Assembly (NCBI GenBank): GCA_037146775.1
Contig: JBAWWL010000001.1
Span: forward strand, 197,464-261,463
Origin: Candidatus Omnitrophota bacterium
GTDB taxonomy: Bacteria > Omnitrophota > Gorgyraeia > Duberdicusellales > 4484-171
DNA: 64,000 bases
Reading direction: 5' to 3'
In this document: positions 1-9,679 of the stretch, piece by piece
Layout of the letters: every line of letters starts with the position of its first letter
Numbering within the stretch: the first letter of the stretch is position 1
The notes under the pieces: model-generated
The model's database searches: none
What the model was told of the DNA's origin: nothing
What the model saw: only the letters and a program-made list of their open reading frames with translations
Translations under genes and position numbers: made by a program

Positions 1-2
1 TT

Positions 3-752
3 ATGTTTGGTGATGAAGACGCTCTGCTCCAGCTGGATATGAGCGAGTATATGGAAAAATTCAATGTATCCCGGTTGATCGGTGCTCCTCCGGGTTACGT
101 GGGTTATGAAGAGGGTGGACAATTAACGGAGCGAGTGAGAAGAAGGCCGTATTCGGTAATATTGCTTGATGAAATTGAAAAAGCCCACCCCGACGTGTTT
201 AACCTGCTCTTACAAATTCTTGAGGAGGGCAGACTCACCGATAGTTTCAGCAGGCGGATCGATTTTAGAAATACTATTCTTATTATGACCTCCAACGTCG
301 GCGCGGAGATCATTAGAAAGCGCGGTTCGCTCGGTTTTAAAACTATTGGCGAAGATATTAGCTATGAAGAAATGAAAACATTATTGATGGAGGAAGTAAA
401 AAAGGCTTTTAAGCCAGAATTTTTAAACAGGCTCGACGAAACAATCGTATTTCGGCCGCTCGGAAAAGAAGATTTGGAGCAGATTGTTGGTATCGAGATC
501 GCCAGCGTTAACAGCCGGTTAAAAGAACAAGGTGTTGAGGTAGTATTGACGCCGGAGGCGAAAGATTTTTTTGTTGAAAAAGGATTTGACCCCGCGTTTG
601 GCGCTCGGCCGCTTAAAAGAGTTATCCAGCGTTTTCTGGAAGATCCTTTGGCTGAGGATATTATTAGGGGGGAATTCTCGGAGAGACTTAAAAACGCCAA
701 AACAGTTACTATTAAAGCGGTCAAAAAAGGGGAAGAGTTGAGATTTGAATGA
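3..752 (+). CDS. clpC: ATP-dependent Clp protease ATP-binding subunit ClpC, C-terminal part (5' end outside window)
   Basis: DMSEYMEK, GAPPGYVGYEEGGQLTE, Walker B LLDEIEKAHPDV and FGARPL motifs of the second AAA+ module; upstream of radA as in ctsR/clpC operons. Confidence 0.9.
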   Translation: MFGDEDALLQLDMSEYMEKFNVSRLIGAPPGYVGYEEGGQLTERVRRRPYSVILLDEIEKAHPDVFNLLLQILEEGRLTDSFSRRIDFRNTILIMTSNVGAEIIRKRGSLGFKTIGEDISYEEMKTLLMEEVKKAFKPEFLNRLDETIVFRPLGKEDLEQIVGIEIASVNSRLKEQGVEVVLTPEAKDFFVEKGFDPAFGARPLKRVIQRFLEDPLAEDIIRGEFSERLKNAKTVTIKAVKKGEELRFE

Positions 753-1657
753 GATTTTTGTGGGCTTTTATTTTTCTTCTTTTTATACCACAATCTTTAT
801 TTGGGTTTCCTTCTCATTTTGTCGAGATTGATTTGACGAAACAACGGATAGTGTTCGACGAGTTTCGTTTCGGAAATTATAATATTAATGGAGCGTTGCT
901 TTTCGATACCAAGAGAGAAGACAATTCTTTGATATTCCATCTGGAGGGTAAAAATTTACTGTTTGATTGCGTTTCGCCGTCGGAAGGGGGATGGCTTAAA
1001 AAAAGAGATTTTTCGTGGCTGAAGCTGCGCTTGGTTAAACGAGATAATATTCTGTTTATTCACTATGTGAATTCGCCCGAATTCCTAATTAAGGGGAAGA
1101 TAAATCTTGACAGCGAAGAGGTTTCTCTTGATGTCGACGGTAACTGGCAGGAGGATTCGCTTCTTATGGAGGGCCGCGTGAAAGCCCAGGCACGTGTATG
1201 GGGTACGATGAGTGATATACTGGTAAATGGTTCATTTGAGGTTATCAACGGTAGATATCAGAATCTGACCTTTTCCAGGTTTTCTGCGAACTTCTTGGGA
1301 AAACCGCCTATACTTAATTTGACCGATTCGCAGATTTATCTTCCTGATGGCAGCATTTTTAGGATTGAAGGCGTGATGGACTTAAATGATTTTACCAACC
1401 TGTTTCCTAAGGCGGAATATATTTCCAGAAAAGTTATGCTGGGCGGCTGGCAGCCGCAAGGAGAAAGCGATAAGAATGCCGGGGTCAAGAAGAATGTAGA
1501 TAATAATATCGACGTGGTGTTTGATACATACCAGAGAGATGCGTTCATGAATTCCGGAACGGAAGTGCGCTATAAGATGAAACAGAATCAATTTTTACGA
1601 TTACGCATGCAGGACGATAAAACGATTGTAGGTTTCGAAAGGAGGAAAGAGTTCTGA
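749..1657 (+). CDS. Exported beta-rich hypothetical protein, possibly AsmA/TamB-like
   Basis: N-terminal signal-like hydrophobic stretch, alternating beta-strand pattern, C-terminal aromatic end (VGFERRKEF); ATGA overlap with clpC stop. Confidence 0.6.
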   Translation: MRFLWAFIFLLFIPQSLFGFPSHFVEIDLTKQRIVFDEFRFGNYNINGALLFDTKREDNSLIFHLEGKNLLFDCVSPSEGGWLKKRDFSWLKLRLVKRDNILFIHYVNSPEFLIKGKINLDSEEVSLDVDGNWQEDSLLMEGRVKAQARVWGTMSDILVNGSFEVINGRYQNLTFSRFSANFLGKPPILNLTDSQIYLPDGSIFRIEGVMDLNDFTNLFPKAEYISRKVMLGGWQPQGESDKNAGVKKNVDNNIDVVFDTYQRDAFMNSGTEVRYKMKQNQFLRLRMQDDKTIVGFERRKEF

Positions 1658-2421
1658 ATACCATTCTTCAAAAAATAAAGATTTTATTCCAGTATGTAGG
1701 CAGCGTAGGCCTTTTTGTCGGCGATGTCTTTTTCTGGCTTTTTGCGAAAAAAAGAAACATTAAGGCGATAGTCAGGGAGATTGTTTTAATTGGTATCAAC
1801 AGCCTGCCGCTGGTTTCACTTATTTCTTTTTTTGTCGGTATCATCATCGCCTTTCAGACAGCATATCAGCTGAAACAATTTTCTTCGGAAATCTATACCG
1901 CATCTTTAGTTGCGCTTTCTTTAGTGCGAGAGCTTGGCCCGGTGCTTGGCTCTCTTATCGTAGCCGCGCGTAGTGGCGCCTCTATTACCGCCGGCATCGG
2001 TTCGATGAAAATAAGCGAGCAGGTAGATGCGCTTGAGGCGTTTGCGGTAGCTCCGGTTGACTATCTGGTTGTGCCAAAGTTTATCGCGCTCTTGATCACG
2101 ATGCCGATTCTTATTATCTACGCTGATTTTTTAGGAATACTTGGAGGTTATGTCGTCGGTAGCGCTAAATTCGGTATTCCTTTCAAATTTTATTTTAAGT
2201 TAACTTTTGATGCGCTCAAGATGAAGGATCTATTGAGCGGTATGATTAAAAGTGTATGCTTTGGTTCCATTATCGCTCTTGTGGCTTCCTATGAGGGGTT
2301 TCGGCCGTTTTCATCGACGGATGTTTCTGAATCGGTAACACACGCGGTGGTGCGTTCTTTTATCCTTATTATCGTCTGTGACTGTATTTTAACCGCGCTA
2401 TTTTATTTTATTTTTGTATAA
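1654..2421 (+). CDS. mlaE: MlaE-family ABC lipid transporter permease; probable CTG start at 1654 (ORF track start at 1924 is too short)
   Basis: RELGP, GSMKISEQVDALE and KSVCFG motifs; frame open from 1621 encodes the usual N-terminus (IGINSLPLV, FFVGIIIAFQ); GGAGG at 1641-1645. Confidence 0.88.
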   Translation: MNTILQKIKILFQYVGSVGLFVGDVFFWLFAKKRNIKAIVREIVLIGINSLPLVSLISFFVGIIIAFQTAYQLKQFSSEIYTASLVALSLVRELGPVLGSLIVAARSGASITAGIGSMKISEQVDALEAFAVAPVDYLVVPKFIALLITMPILIIYADFLGILGGYVVGSAKFGIPFKFYFKLTFDALKMKDLLSGMIKSVCFGSIIALVASYEGFRPFSSTDVSESVTHAVVRSFILIIVCDCILTALFYFIFV

Positions 2422-2449
2422 GGCAGTCTGTGCCCGGCGGGATGTTATT

Positions 2450-3208
2450 ATGGAAATGATAAAATTAGAGAATGTTTCTAAAGGTTTTGGGGTAAAAAAG
2501 GTTTTACACGACGTTAATCTTTCTATTAATAAAGGCGAGACGTTTCTTATTATCGGCAGAAGCGGCGCTGGCAAGACAGTGCTGCTTAAAAACATTATCG
2601 GGCTTTTACGTCCCGACGCGGGGCGTATTTTTGTCGATGGGGCAGACACGACCGCATTCGATAAAAAAGAACTGGAAAAAGTCAGGCTTCAATTCGGCCT
2701 CGTGTTCCAAAGCAGCGCTCTTTTTGACTTTTTGACTATCGAAGAAAATGTTGGTTTTTTTCTCTATCAGCACACTACCCTAAAGCGTAGCGAGATACGA
2801 AAGCGAGTAAAAGATACGCTTGCCCTGGTAGGTTTGGAAGGCATAGAAGACAGCTACCCGTATCAGTTGTCCGGCGGTATGAAAAAACGGGTAGCGATAG
2901 CCAGGGCGGTTATTTATAACCCAAAAATTATCATTTACGATGAACCGACGACCGGCATTGACCCTATCGCGGTTGATAAGGTGGTATCGCTTATTGAAGA
3001 TCTACACAAGCGTTTGGCTATTACTTCCCTGGTCGTCACGCACGATCTGGAGGTTGGTTTAAAAATATCTGAACGTATCGCGTTTCTTTTGGGCGGAAGA
3101 ATAATCTTTCAGGGTAAAAAGAGTGATTTACATGCTACCGCCGATCCGCGGGTGCTGCAGTTTCTTAACGGCAGTTCTTCCGGTCCGATCAAGGAAATGG
3201 AAGTATAA
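2450..3208 (+). CDS. mlaF: MlaF-family ABC transporter ATP-binding protein
   Basis: Walker A GRSGAGKT, FQSSALFD, signature LSGGMKKR, YDEPTTGIDP; lies between mlaE and mlaD; ATG at 2450 preferred to TTG at 2414. Confidence 0.9.
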   Translation: MEMIKLENVSKGFGVKKVLHDVNLSINKGETFLIIGRSGAGKTVLLKNIIGLLRPDAGRIFVDGADTTAFDKKELEKVRLQFGLVFQSSALFDFLTIEENVGFFLYQHTTLKRSEIRKRVKDTLALVGLEGIEDSYPYQLSGGMKKRVAIARAVIYNPKIIIYDEPTTGIDPIAVDKVVSLIEDLHKRLAITSLVVTHDLEVGLKISERIAFLLGGRIIFQGKKSDLHATADPRVLQFLNGSSSGPIKEMEV

Positions 3209-3212
3209 TGGC

Positions 3213-3321
3213 AATATTCAATATTAAAAATCAAATATCAAATATAGTTTTAATGTTCAACGCCGCCGCCTTTAGTGATAGCGCCGTGGCCGAAATATTG
3301 AAAATTGAATATCAAAGATCA
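3213..3321. repeat. Two arrays of imperfect 7-bp tandem repeats flanking a GC-rich core
   Basis: aatattc-aatatta-aaaatca-aatatca-aatatag (3213-3247) and aatattg-aaaattg-aatatca-aagatca (3294-3321). Confidence 0.65.
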
Positions 3322-3374
3322 AGCATGTCTTTACTGTTTGGTATTTATTTATATTAAGATTAAGGAGGTAAAGG

Positions 3375-4085
3375 ATGAAAAATAACTTTTCGGACATAAA
3401 AAAGTATTTCCTGGAAATGAAATTAGGCGGTTTTTTCTTGGGCGCACTTATCTTAGTTTTTATTACCCTCATTTCAATGCGGGAAATTACCTTTTTTAAG
3501 ACAAAACGTATGCTGACGGTGAAGTTTAATTTTTCTGAAGGGTTGCGTACATCCTCACCGGTACGTTTCTGCGGCGTCGATATCGGCGAGGTGAAAGAGG
3601 TCGAGATACGGCAAGATGCTAATAAACAGCCGCTTGTATATGTTCATATCAAGGTAGACGAGCAGGCGCGTATCCCGAGAAATTCATATTTTTTTATCAA
3701 CAGTTTAAGCCTTTTTGGAGAAAAATATCTGGAAATTGTCCCACCGGAAGATCCGCAAGGTTATGTAAGTCCGGGTGAGACGGTCGAAGGTATTTCCCCC
3801 ACGCCTCTTTTTAACGTGCTTACCAACTTCAATAAAACAATGAGTGAAGTTAATGAGTTTGTGAAAGACGGAAAAGTCCGCACTTCCTTTGAAAATATTA
3901 TTACTAATACGGAACAGATAACTTCTGACATTAAAGAAGTGACGGCAAACGTGAAAAATAAAAAAGGTACCATTGGCAGGCTGTTTTATGACGATTCGTT
4001 ATATACCAAGACGGAAGAGTTTGTTGATGAACTCAAAGAGAATCCTTGGAAACTATTACATAAGCCGCGGGAAAGTAGACATTGA
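3375..4085 (+). CDS. mlaD: MlaD/MCE family protein with helical C-terminal extension
   Basis: N-terminal TM, GLRTSSPVRFCGVDIGEV and SLFGEKYLEI MCE motifs, KGTIGRL..D..LY and ENPWKLL C-terminal motifs; RBS AAGGAGGT. Confidence 0.9.
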   Translation: MKNNFSDIKKYFLEMKLGGFFLGALILVFITLISMREITFFKTKRMLTVKFNFSEGLRTSSPVRFCGVDIGEVKEVEIRQDANKQPLVYVHIKVDEQARIPRNSYFFINSLSLFGEKYLEIVPPEDPQGYVSPGETVEGISPTPLFNVLTNFNKTMSEVNEFVKDGKVRTSFENIITNTEQITSDIKEVTANVKNKKGTIGRLFYDDSLYTKTEEFVDELKENPWKLLHKPRESRH

Positions 4086-4087
4086 TC

Positions 4088-4115
4088 TTTGCGGTTGTTA
4101 TGTCGCAAGTTTTTT
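4088..4115 (+). terminator. Possible intrinsic terminator after mlaD
   Basis: Stem ttgcgg/tcgcaa followed by a T6 run immediately after the stop codon. Confidence 0.4.
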
Positions 4116-4188
4116 GCTGCACACGCGCCTACGTATTTGAGTGGTATCGTAAAGCCTCCAAAGTGCAACCTGTAATGAGAGTCGTAAC

Positions 4189-5517
4189 ATGTTTTACTGT
4201 TCCGGTTGTGGTTATAAATCGCTAAAATGGCTCGGCAAATGTCCTCTTTGTGAAGGTTGGGAGACTTTTGTCGAAGAGAAAGAAGAGTCGTCACAAGACC
4301 TTGCAAGAGAAAAAATCCCTCCGCAGCTTCTGAAGAATATCCAAAAAAAGGATTATCAGAGAATTCCAACCGGAATAGAAGAATTTGACCGTATCCTCGG
4401 TTCGGGATTGGTGAAGGGCGAGATTGTTCTGGTGGGAGGAGAGCCGGGTGTAGGCAAGTCAACATTGCTTTTAGAGGTAAGTGCTCGTTTGGCCTCGCGC
4501 GCCAAAACGCTTTATGTGAGTGCCGAAGAATCGCCTCAGCAGATAGCTTTGCGAAGCCAGCGCCTAGGAACCGACGCCGGGAATCTGTATATTGTCGGAG
4601 AAGATAATCTTGAAGCCGTGTATAGCTATATCAAAGAGCAAGATTTTCAGTTCGTGGTGGTCGATTCCATACAGGTGGTCTATTCAAGCCGCTGTGAAGG
4701 TTCCAAGGGCAGCGTTACTCAACTTAAGGGTTGCGCTGATTATCTTACGCAGATCGCAAAATCATTAGGAATAATTGTTTTTGTGGTGGGCCATGTTACC
4801 AAGGAAGGTGTTATCGCCGGGCCAAAGCTGCTCGAACATATTGTCGATTGTGTGCTTTATTTTGAGGGCGAATTGCTTTCGAATTACCGAATACTACGTT
4901 CTGTAAAAAACCGGTTTGGCCCTACCGGGGATATCGCGGTTTTCGAAATGCAGTCGGATGGCCTTAAGGAGGTGAAAAAAATAACCGATCTTTTTCTGCC
5001 GCATAAAGATGCGGGGGTTGCGGGTAGTTCTGTGGTGTGTGTTATCGAAGGCTTGCGGCCGTTATTGGTGGAATTACAATCGTTGGTGAGCCGAGCCAGC
5101 TTTGGCGTGGTACGGCGCAGAAGTCTTGGTTTTGATTTCAACCGGTTTTCTCTCCTGATCGCTATTATTGAAAAGCGGCTCAAAGTATCATTGTCGAGTG
5201 AAGACGTATTTTTAAACGTTGCCGGCGGATTGAAGATAAACGATCCCGCAGCGGATTTAGGCGCAGTCATGGCGATGTTGTCAAGCAATAAAGAGAAAGA
5301 GCTGCCTCGGGGCAGTGTTTTCATCGCTGAAGTGGGGCTTGCGGGAGAGCTTAGGAAGGTGAATAATATCAATATACGCTTAAAGGAAGTGGAGCGGACC
5401 GGCTTTACGCAATGTTTTATTCCTGAAAGTAATATGAAGGATGTGGATAAAAAGGTCGATTGTACCTTGTGTGGGTTTTCCTCGTTACAAGAAGTTGTCG
5501 AAAAAGTGTGGAGGTAG
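4189..5517 (+). CDS. radA: DNA repair protein RadA/Sms
   Basis: CxxC...CxxC zinc finger, GGEPGVGKST, KNRFG motif, Lon-like C-terminal domain. Confidence 0.97.
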   Translation: MFYCSGCGYKSLKWLGKCPLCEGWETFVEEKEESSQDLAREKIPPQLLKNIQKKDYQRIPTGIEEFDRILGSGLVKGEIVLVGGEPGVGKSTLLLEVSARLASRAKTLYVSAEESPQQIALRSQRLGTDAGNLYIVGEDNLEAVYSYIKEQDFQFVVVDSIQVVYSSRCEGSKGSVTQLKGCADYLTQIAKSLGIIVFVVGHVTKEGVIAGPKLLEHIVDCVLYFEGELLSNYRILRSVKNRFGPTGDIAVFEMQSDGLKEVKKITDLFLPHKDAGVAGSSVVCVIEGLRPLLVELQSLVSRASFGVVRRRSLGFDFNRFSLLIAIIEKRLKVSLSSEDVFLNVAGGLKINDPAADLGAVMAMLSSNKEKELPRGSVFIAEVGLAGELRKVNNINIRLKEVERTGFTQCFIPESNMKDVDKKVDCTLCGFSSLQEVVEKVWR

Positions 5518-5519
5518 CA

Positions 5520-6497
5520 ATGAAAGGTTTATTTATTTTACGGGCATTTTTTGTCTTTGCATGTACGGCGGCAGGTTTCCAATTGGGAGAAGGTAACCCG
5601 GCTGTTTCCGTTATGGTCGGATTTACGGTCGGATTGGCGGTAGTATTTTTCGAAGCGTTCGCTCGCCAGGTATCGCTCAAAGGGCTTTCGTCGGTTGTGT
5701 TTGGAATTCTTTTCGGTTTATTGTTGGCGTGGATATTTTCAAAAACTATTGAACTTTTTATGCTTCCGCGAAACGTTACCACCAGCGTACGGGTGTTCGT
5801 TACGTTTGTGTTTATTTATCTTGGCGTAACCCTGGGGCTTAAAGGCAGACACGAGTTTAACCTGATTATTCCTTATGTACGGTTTAAGCGTCAGGACCTG
5901 AAAGAAGAAACAGTAGTGATAGACACCAGTATTATCATTGACGGCAGGATTACCGATATTGTAAAGACCGGCTTTGTGGAGGCTCGTTTTATCGTGCCGC
6001 GTTTTGTGTTGAATGAGTTGCAGGCCCTGGCGGATTCCACAGATCATATGAAACGGCAAAAAGGAAAACGAGGCATTGAAGTTTTACATACCTTAAAAAA
6101 AGAGCAGAATATTGAGGTTGAAGTATATAACGAAGATGTTGAAGGAGTTAAGAGTGTTGACGAAAAAATTGTTATGTTGGCGCAGAACCTCGACGCCAAA
6201 ATTCTTACTACCGATTATAATCTGAATCGCATCGCTCAGTTGCAAGGAGTGGGGGTATTGAATATTAATGATCTTGCCAATGCGCTTAAGCCTAGTTTTG
6301 TCGCCGGCGAGCGTATTAGCATTAAGCTTATTAAGGAAGGAAAAGAACATAATCAGGCTGTGGGGTATTTAGAGGATGGGACTATGGTGGTGGTTGAGAA
6401 CGCGAAGTGGCTTATCGGTAAGACAGTGGAAATAGAAGTTACCTCGGTGTTACAGAGCCCCAGCGGAAGGATTGTTTTTACAAAACTGGCACAATAA
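5520..6497 (+). CDS. Membrane PIN/TRAM domain protein (YacL-like)
   Basis: N-terminal TMs, DTSIIIDGRI PIN motif, GYLEDGTMVVVE TRAM motif; GGAGG RBS before ATG 5520. Confidence 0.92.
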   Translation: MKGLFILRAFFVFACTAAGFQLGEGNPAVSVMVGFTVGLAVVFFEAFARQVSLKGLSSVVFGILFGLLLAWIFSKTIELFMLPRNVTTSVRVFVTFVFIYLGVTLGLKGRHEFNLIIPYVRFKRQDLKEETVVIDTSIIIDGRITDIVKTGFVEARFIVPRFVLNELQALADSTDHMKRQKGKRGIEVLHTLKKEQNIEVEVYNEDVEGVKSVDEKIVMLAQNLDAKILTTDYNLNRIAQLQGVGVLNINDLANALKPSFVAGERISIKLIKEGKEHNQAVGYLEDGTMVVVENAKWLIGKTVEIEVTSVLQSPSGRIVFTKLAQ

Positions 6498-6509
6498 AAG
6501 GCGAATCTT

Positions 6510-7196
6510 TTGAGCGATAGCGCAAAGCGTTTTAACGTTGGCGTAGTAATTGTTGGCGCGGGAAAAGGAAAACGACTAGGTTTAAAAATAGATAAAGCCC
6601 TTTTACCGCTTGCGGGCAAGCCTCTATTCCTTCGTACGGTTGCGATTTTTGAGAACCTGCAAGAAATTAAACAAATAGTACTGGTATTGGGAAAACGGTA
6701 TTGTGCACCGGCAAAAAAAATGATGCATGATAAAAATATTGCCGTTGTTGAAGGCGGTAGCCAACGCCAAGATTCGGTACGCAAAGGCTTGTTTGCGTTA
6801 AGAGGAGATATTAACTATGTGCTTATTCATGATGTAGCCAGGCCGTTTGTTTCAAACGAAACACTTAACCGTATCTTGAAGGCGCTTAAAAGATATCCGG
6901 CGGTGATTTGTGCTGTTGCGGCTAAAGATGCGGTAAAAACAGTAAAAAATGGTTGTGTGCGTAAGACTTTATCGAGAGAATCCCTTGTTTTGGTGCAAAC
7001 GCCCCAAGGTTTTAAAAAAGAGCTTATTTTGCGCGCATATAGCCGCCTAAAGAATACAAAACTATACGATGATGCGCAGGCAGTGGAATTAATGGGTAAA
7101 AAAGTACGGGTTGTGGAGGGTGATTATTCCAATATGAAAATTACCTATCCCGGCGACATCGAGTTAGCACATTATATCTGTCATGAAAAATTATAG
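6510..7196 (+). CDS. ispD: 2-C-methyl-D-erythritol 4-phosphate cytidylyltransferase
   Basis: GAGKGKRLG, GGSQRQDSV, IHDVARPF, QTPQGF, NMKITYPGD motifs. Confidence 0.95.
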   Translation: MSDSAKRFNVGVVIVGAGKGKRLGLKIDKALLPLAGKPLFLRTVAIFENLQEIKQIVLVLGKRYCAPAKKMMHDKNIAVVEGGSQRQDSVRKGLFALRGDINYVLIHDVARPFVSNETLNRILKALKRYPAVICAVAAKDAVKTVKNGCVRKTLSRESLVLVQTPQGFKKELILRAYSRLKNTKLYDDAQAVELMGKKVRVVEGDYSNMKITYPGDIELAHYICHEKL

Positions 7197-7656
7197 AGTT
7201 GGTTTCGGTTTTGATGTCCACCGTTTTTCTAAAAAAAATAAGCCGTTAATTTTAGGCGCGGTAAAGATCCCCTGCGATTTTAGCCTCGAAGCCGTATCTG
7301 ACGGAGATGTGTTACTGCACGCAGTAGCCGATGCGTTATGCGGGGCTTGTTCTTTGGGTGACATCGGAGATTATTTCCCTCCTTCCAAGAAATATGAGGG
7401 GATAGATTCCAAAGAAATTGTTAAATTTATTCTTAGAAAATCTAGGAAAAAAGTAAAAATTATAAACTTGGATATCACTATAGTTGCGGAGAAACCAAAA
7501 CTTTCTTCTCATAAAAAAAATATTGTAAAATCTCTCAAGAGTATCTTTCCTGTTCATAGTATCAATGTAAAGATAAAATCCAAAGAAGGATTAAATATTT
7601 TAGGCGGTAAGGATGCGATAAGTTGTTTTGCCGTAGTTTTGGTGAAAACATGCTAA
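7183..7656 (+). CDS. ispF: 2-C-methyl-D-erythritol 2,4-cyclodiphosphate synthase
   Basis: GFGFDVH, SDGDVLLHAVADAL, GDIGDYFP motifs. Confidence 0.95.
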   Translation: MKNYRVGFGFDVHRFSKKNKPLILGAVKIPCDFSLEAVSDGDVLLHAVADALCGACSLGDIGDYFPPSKKYEGIDSKEIVKFILRKSRKKVKIINLDITIVAEKPKLSSHKKNIVKSLKSIFPVHSINVKIKSKEGLNILGGKDAISCFAVVLVKTC

Positions 7657-9035
7657 GAATTACCAATACTTTAACCAAAAGGAAAGAAGATTTTATTCCG
7701 CAAAATCCTTTACAGGTAAGTATGTATACCTGCGGCGTGACGGTTTATGACGATTGTCATATAGGGCACGCGAGAAGCCTTTATACCTTTGATGTGATAA
7801 GGAGATATCTGAAGTATCGCGGTTTTGATGTTACGTTCGTGCGTAATATCACCGATATAGATGATAAAATTATTAATCGCGCTAACGAATTGGAAATTAA
7901 TTGGCATGAGTTGGTGGGAAAATATATAGAGAGGTATTACGAGGATCTGAAAATACTTGGTATTGAAAAGGCTGACTATGAACCTCGGGCGACCGAAAAC
8001 ATTGAGGATATGATTAGGTATATAGCGGTCCTCGTTGAAAAAGGCTACGCGTATGAATCCGGCGGTGATGTATACTTTAATGTAAGGAAATTTCCTGGCT
8101 ATGGAAAGCTTTCTGGACAAAATATAGAGGAGATGGAAACGGGCACAAGGATTTCTCCCACGGAATTTAAAAAAGATCCGCTGGATTTTGCACTATGGAA
8201 AGCTTCCAAGGAAGGCGAGCCATTTTGGGGCAGTCCCTGGGGTAACGGCAGACCCGGTTGGCATATAGAATGTTCAGTGATGAGCCGAAAATTCTTAAAA
8301 ACCGATACATTGGATATTCATGCCGGCGGTAGAGATCTGGTTTTCCCGCATCACGAAAATGAACTCGCGCAAGCAGAAAGCTTTAGCGGAAAGACATTTG
8401 CAAAATATTGGATACACCACGGGCTTCTGACTATTAACGGACAAAAAATGGCGAAGTCCTTGGGCAATTTTGTAACGATAAGAAATTTTATCGATACATA
8501 TAAAAATGCCGATTTATTGAAACTATTCTTTTTGTCGGCGCATTATTCACACCCCATAGATTACAGCGAAGAGAAGATAGGAGAGGCAAAAAAGCAAAAA
8601 AATAGTTTTGATAGTTTTTTCCAGATGCGGTATATAGTGCCGAAAGATAGCCCTACGATGGAAATTGTGGTTGAAGATAAGCGAAAAATTGACGCCATCT
8701 TGGAAAAAGTTATACAAGCGATGGATAACGATTTTAATACGCCTCAGGTTTTGAGCTGTCTATTTGAATTGAGAGATTTTGCGGTGGTTCTGGGCAACAG
8801 CGCGTCATTTGCTTACGCCCGGGATTGTATGGAAAAACTGTTTACTATTTTTAATTTAGAGGTAAAAACGCAAATTACATTGACAGAGGAACTGCTCGCG
8901 AAGCATTACGAAAGAGATTCGGCTCGTATCCGTAAAGATTTCGGCAAAGCCGATCGCCTGCGGAAAGAGATTGAAAACCTAGGATATATTTTAGAAGACC
9001 ACAAAGGGATTACTGCATGCAAAAGGAAAACATGA
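7650..9035 (+). CDS. cysS: Cysteine--tRNA ligase
   Basis: CGVTVYD..HIGH, GRPGWHIECS, FPHHENE, KMAKS; ATG at 7650. Confidence 0.97.
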   Translation: MLRITNTLTKRKEDFIPQNPLQVSMYTCGVTVYDDCHIGHARSLYTFDVIRRYLKYRGFDVTFVRNITDIDDKIINRANELEINWHELVGKYIERYYEDLKILGIEKADYEPRATENIEDMIRYIAVLVEKGYAYESGGDVYFNVRKFPGYGKLSGQNIEEMETGTRISPTEFKKDPLDFALWKASKEGEPFWGSPWGNGRPGWHIECSVMSRKFLKTDTLDIHAGGRDLVFPHHENELAQAESFSGKTFAKYWIHHGLLTINGQKMAKSLGNFVTIRNFIDTYKNADLLKLFFLSAHYSHPIDYSEEKIGEAKKQKNSFDSFFQMRYIVPKDSPTMEIVVEDKRKIDAILEKVIQAMDNDFNTPQVLSCLFELRDFAVVLGNSASFAYARDCMEKLFTIFNLEVKTQITLTEELLAKHYERDSARIRKDFGKADRLRKEIENLGYILEDHKGITACKRKT

Positions 9036-9664
9036 AACGGAAAGCGTTTTTCATTACCATTGAAGGTTTGGAAGGAAGCGGGAAAAGCAGCGTAATAAAC
9101 TTTTTACAAAAGTTTCTTAAAGAAAGAAAATATTCTGTTTTGGTTCTGCGCGAGCCCGGCTCGACTGCGATAGGTGAAAAAATACGCCAGCTTCTTTTGG
9201 ATAAAAAGAATAAAAACTTATCGCGTCACACCGAATTGCTTTTATATTTGGCCGCAAGGACGCAGCTTATCGAGGAAAAATTACAGAAGGCGTTAGGTAT
9301 TTGTGATTTTGTTGTCTGTGACCGCTTCTTCGATTCCACGCTTGTGTATCAAGGTTACGGCCTTGGCTTGGGTGCGATCGTTGAGAAATCGGTGCACTTG
9401 TTTTCTTTAGGTATTATTCCGGACATGACTATCGTTCTTGACGTAGCCGCGCGAGAGGGTTTGGGCCGGATTAAACATAAAGACCGGATCGAATCGAGAC
9501 CTTTACATTTCCATAATACTTTACGCAAAGGCTATAGAGCGCTCGCCAAGAAGTATCCTCGCCGGATAAAAGTGATTGATGCAAGCGGAAGTCTTGAAGA
9601 TATTTACCGGTTGGTAGAGCGTGCTTTGAGAAAGAAATTGAAAGCGTTACGTTTTGCGCATTAG
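9032..9664 (+). CDS. tmk: Thymidylate kinase
   Basis: EGLEGSGKS P-loop, REPG, CDRF...YQG; ATGA overlap with cysS stop. Confidence 0.95.
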   Translation: MKRKAFFITIEGLEGSGKSSVINFLQKFLKERKYSVLVLREPGSTAIGEKIRQLLLDKKNKNLSRHTELLLYLAARTQLIEEKLQKALGICDFVVCDRFFDSTLVYQGYGLGLGAIVEKSVHLFSLGIIPDMTIVLDVAAREGLGRIKHKDRIESRPLHFHNTLRKGYRALAKKYPRRIKVIDASGSLEDIYRLVERALRKKLKALRFAH

Positions 9665-9679
9665 TTTCGCGGTGAGTAT

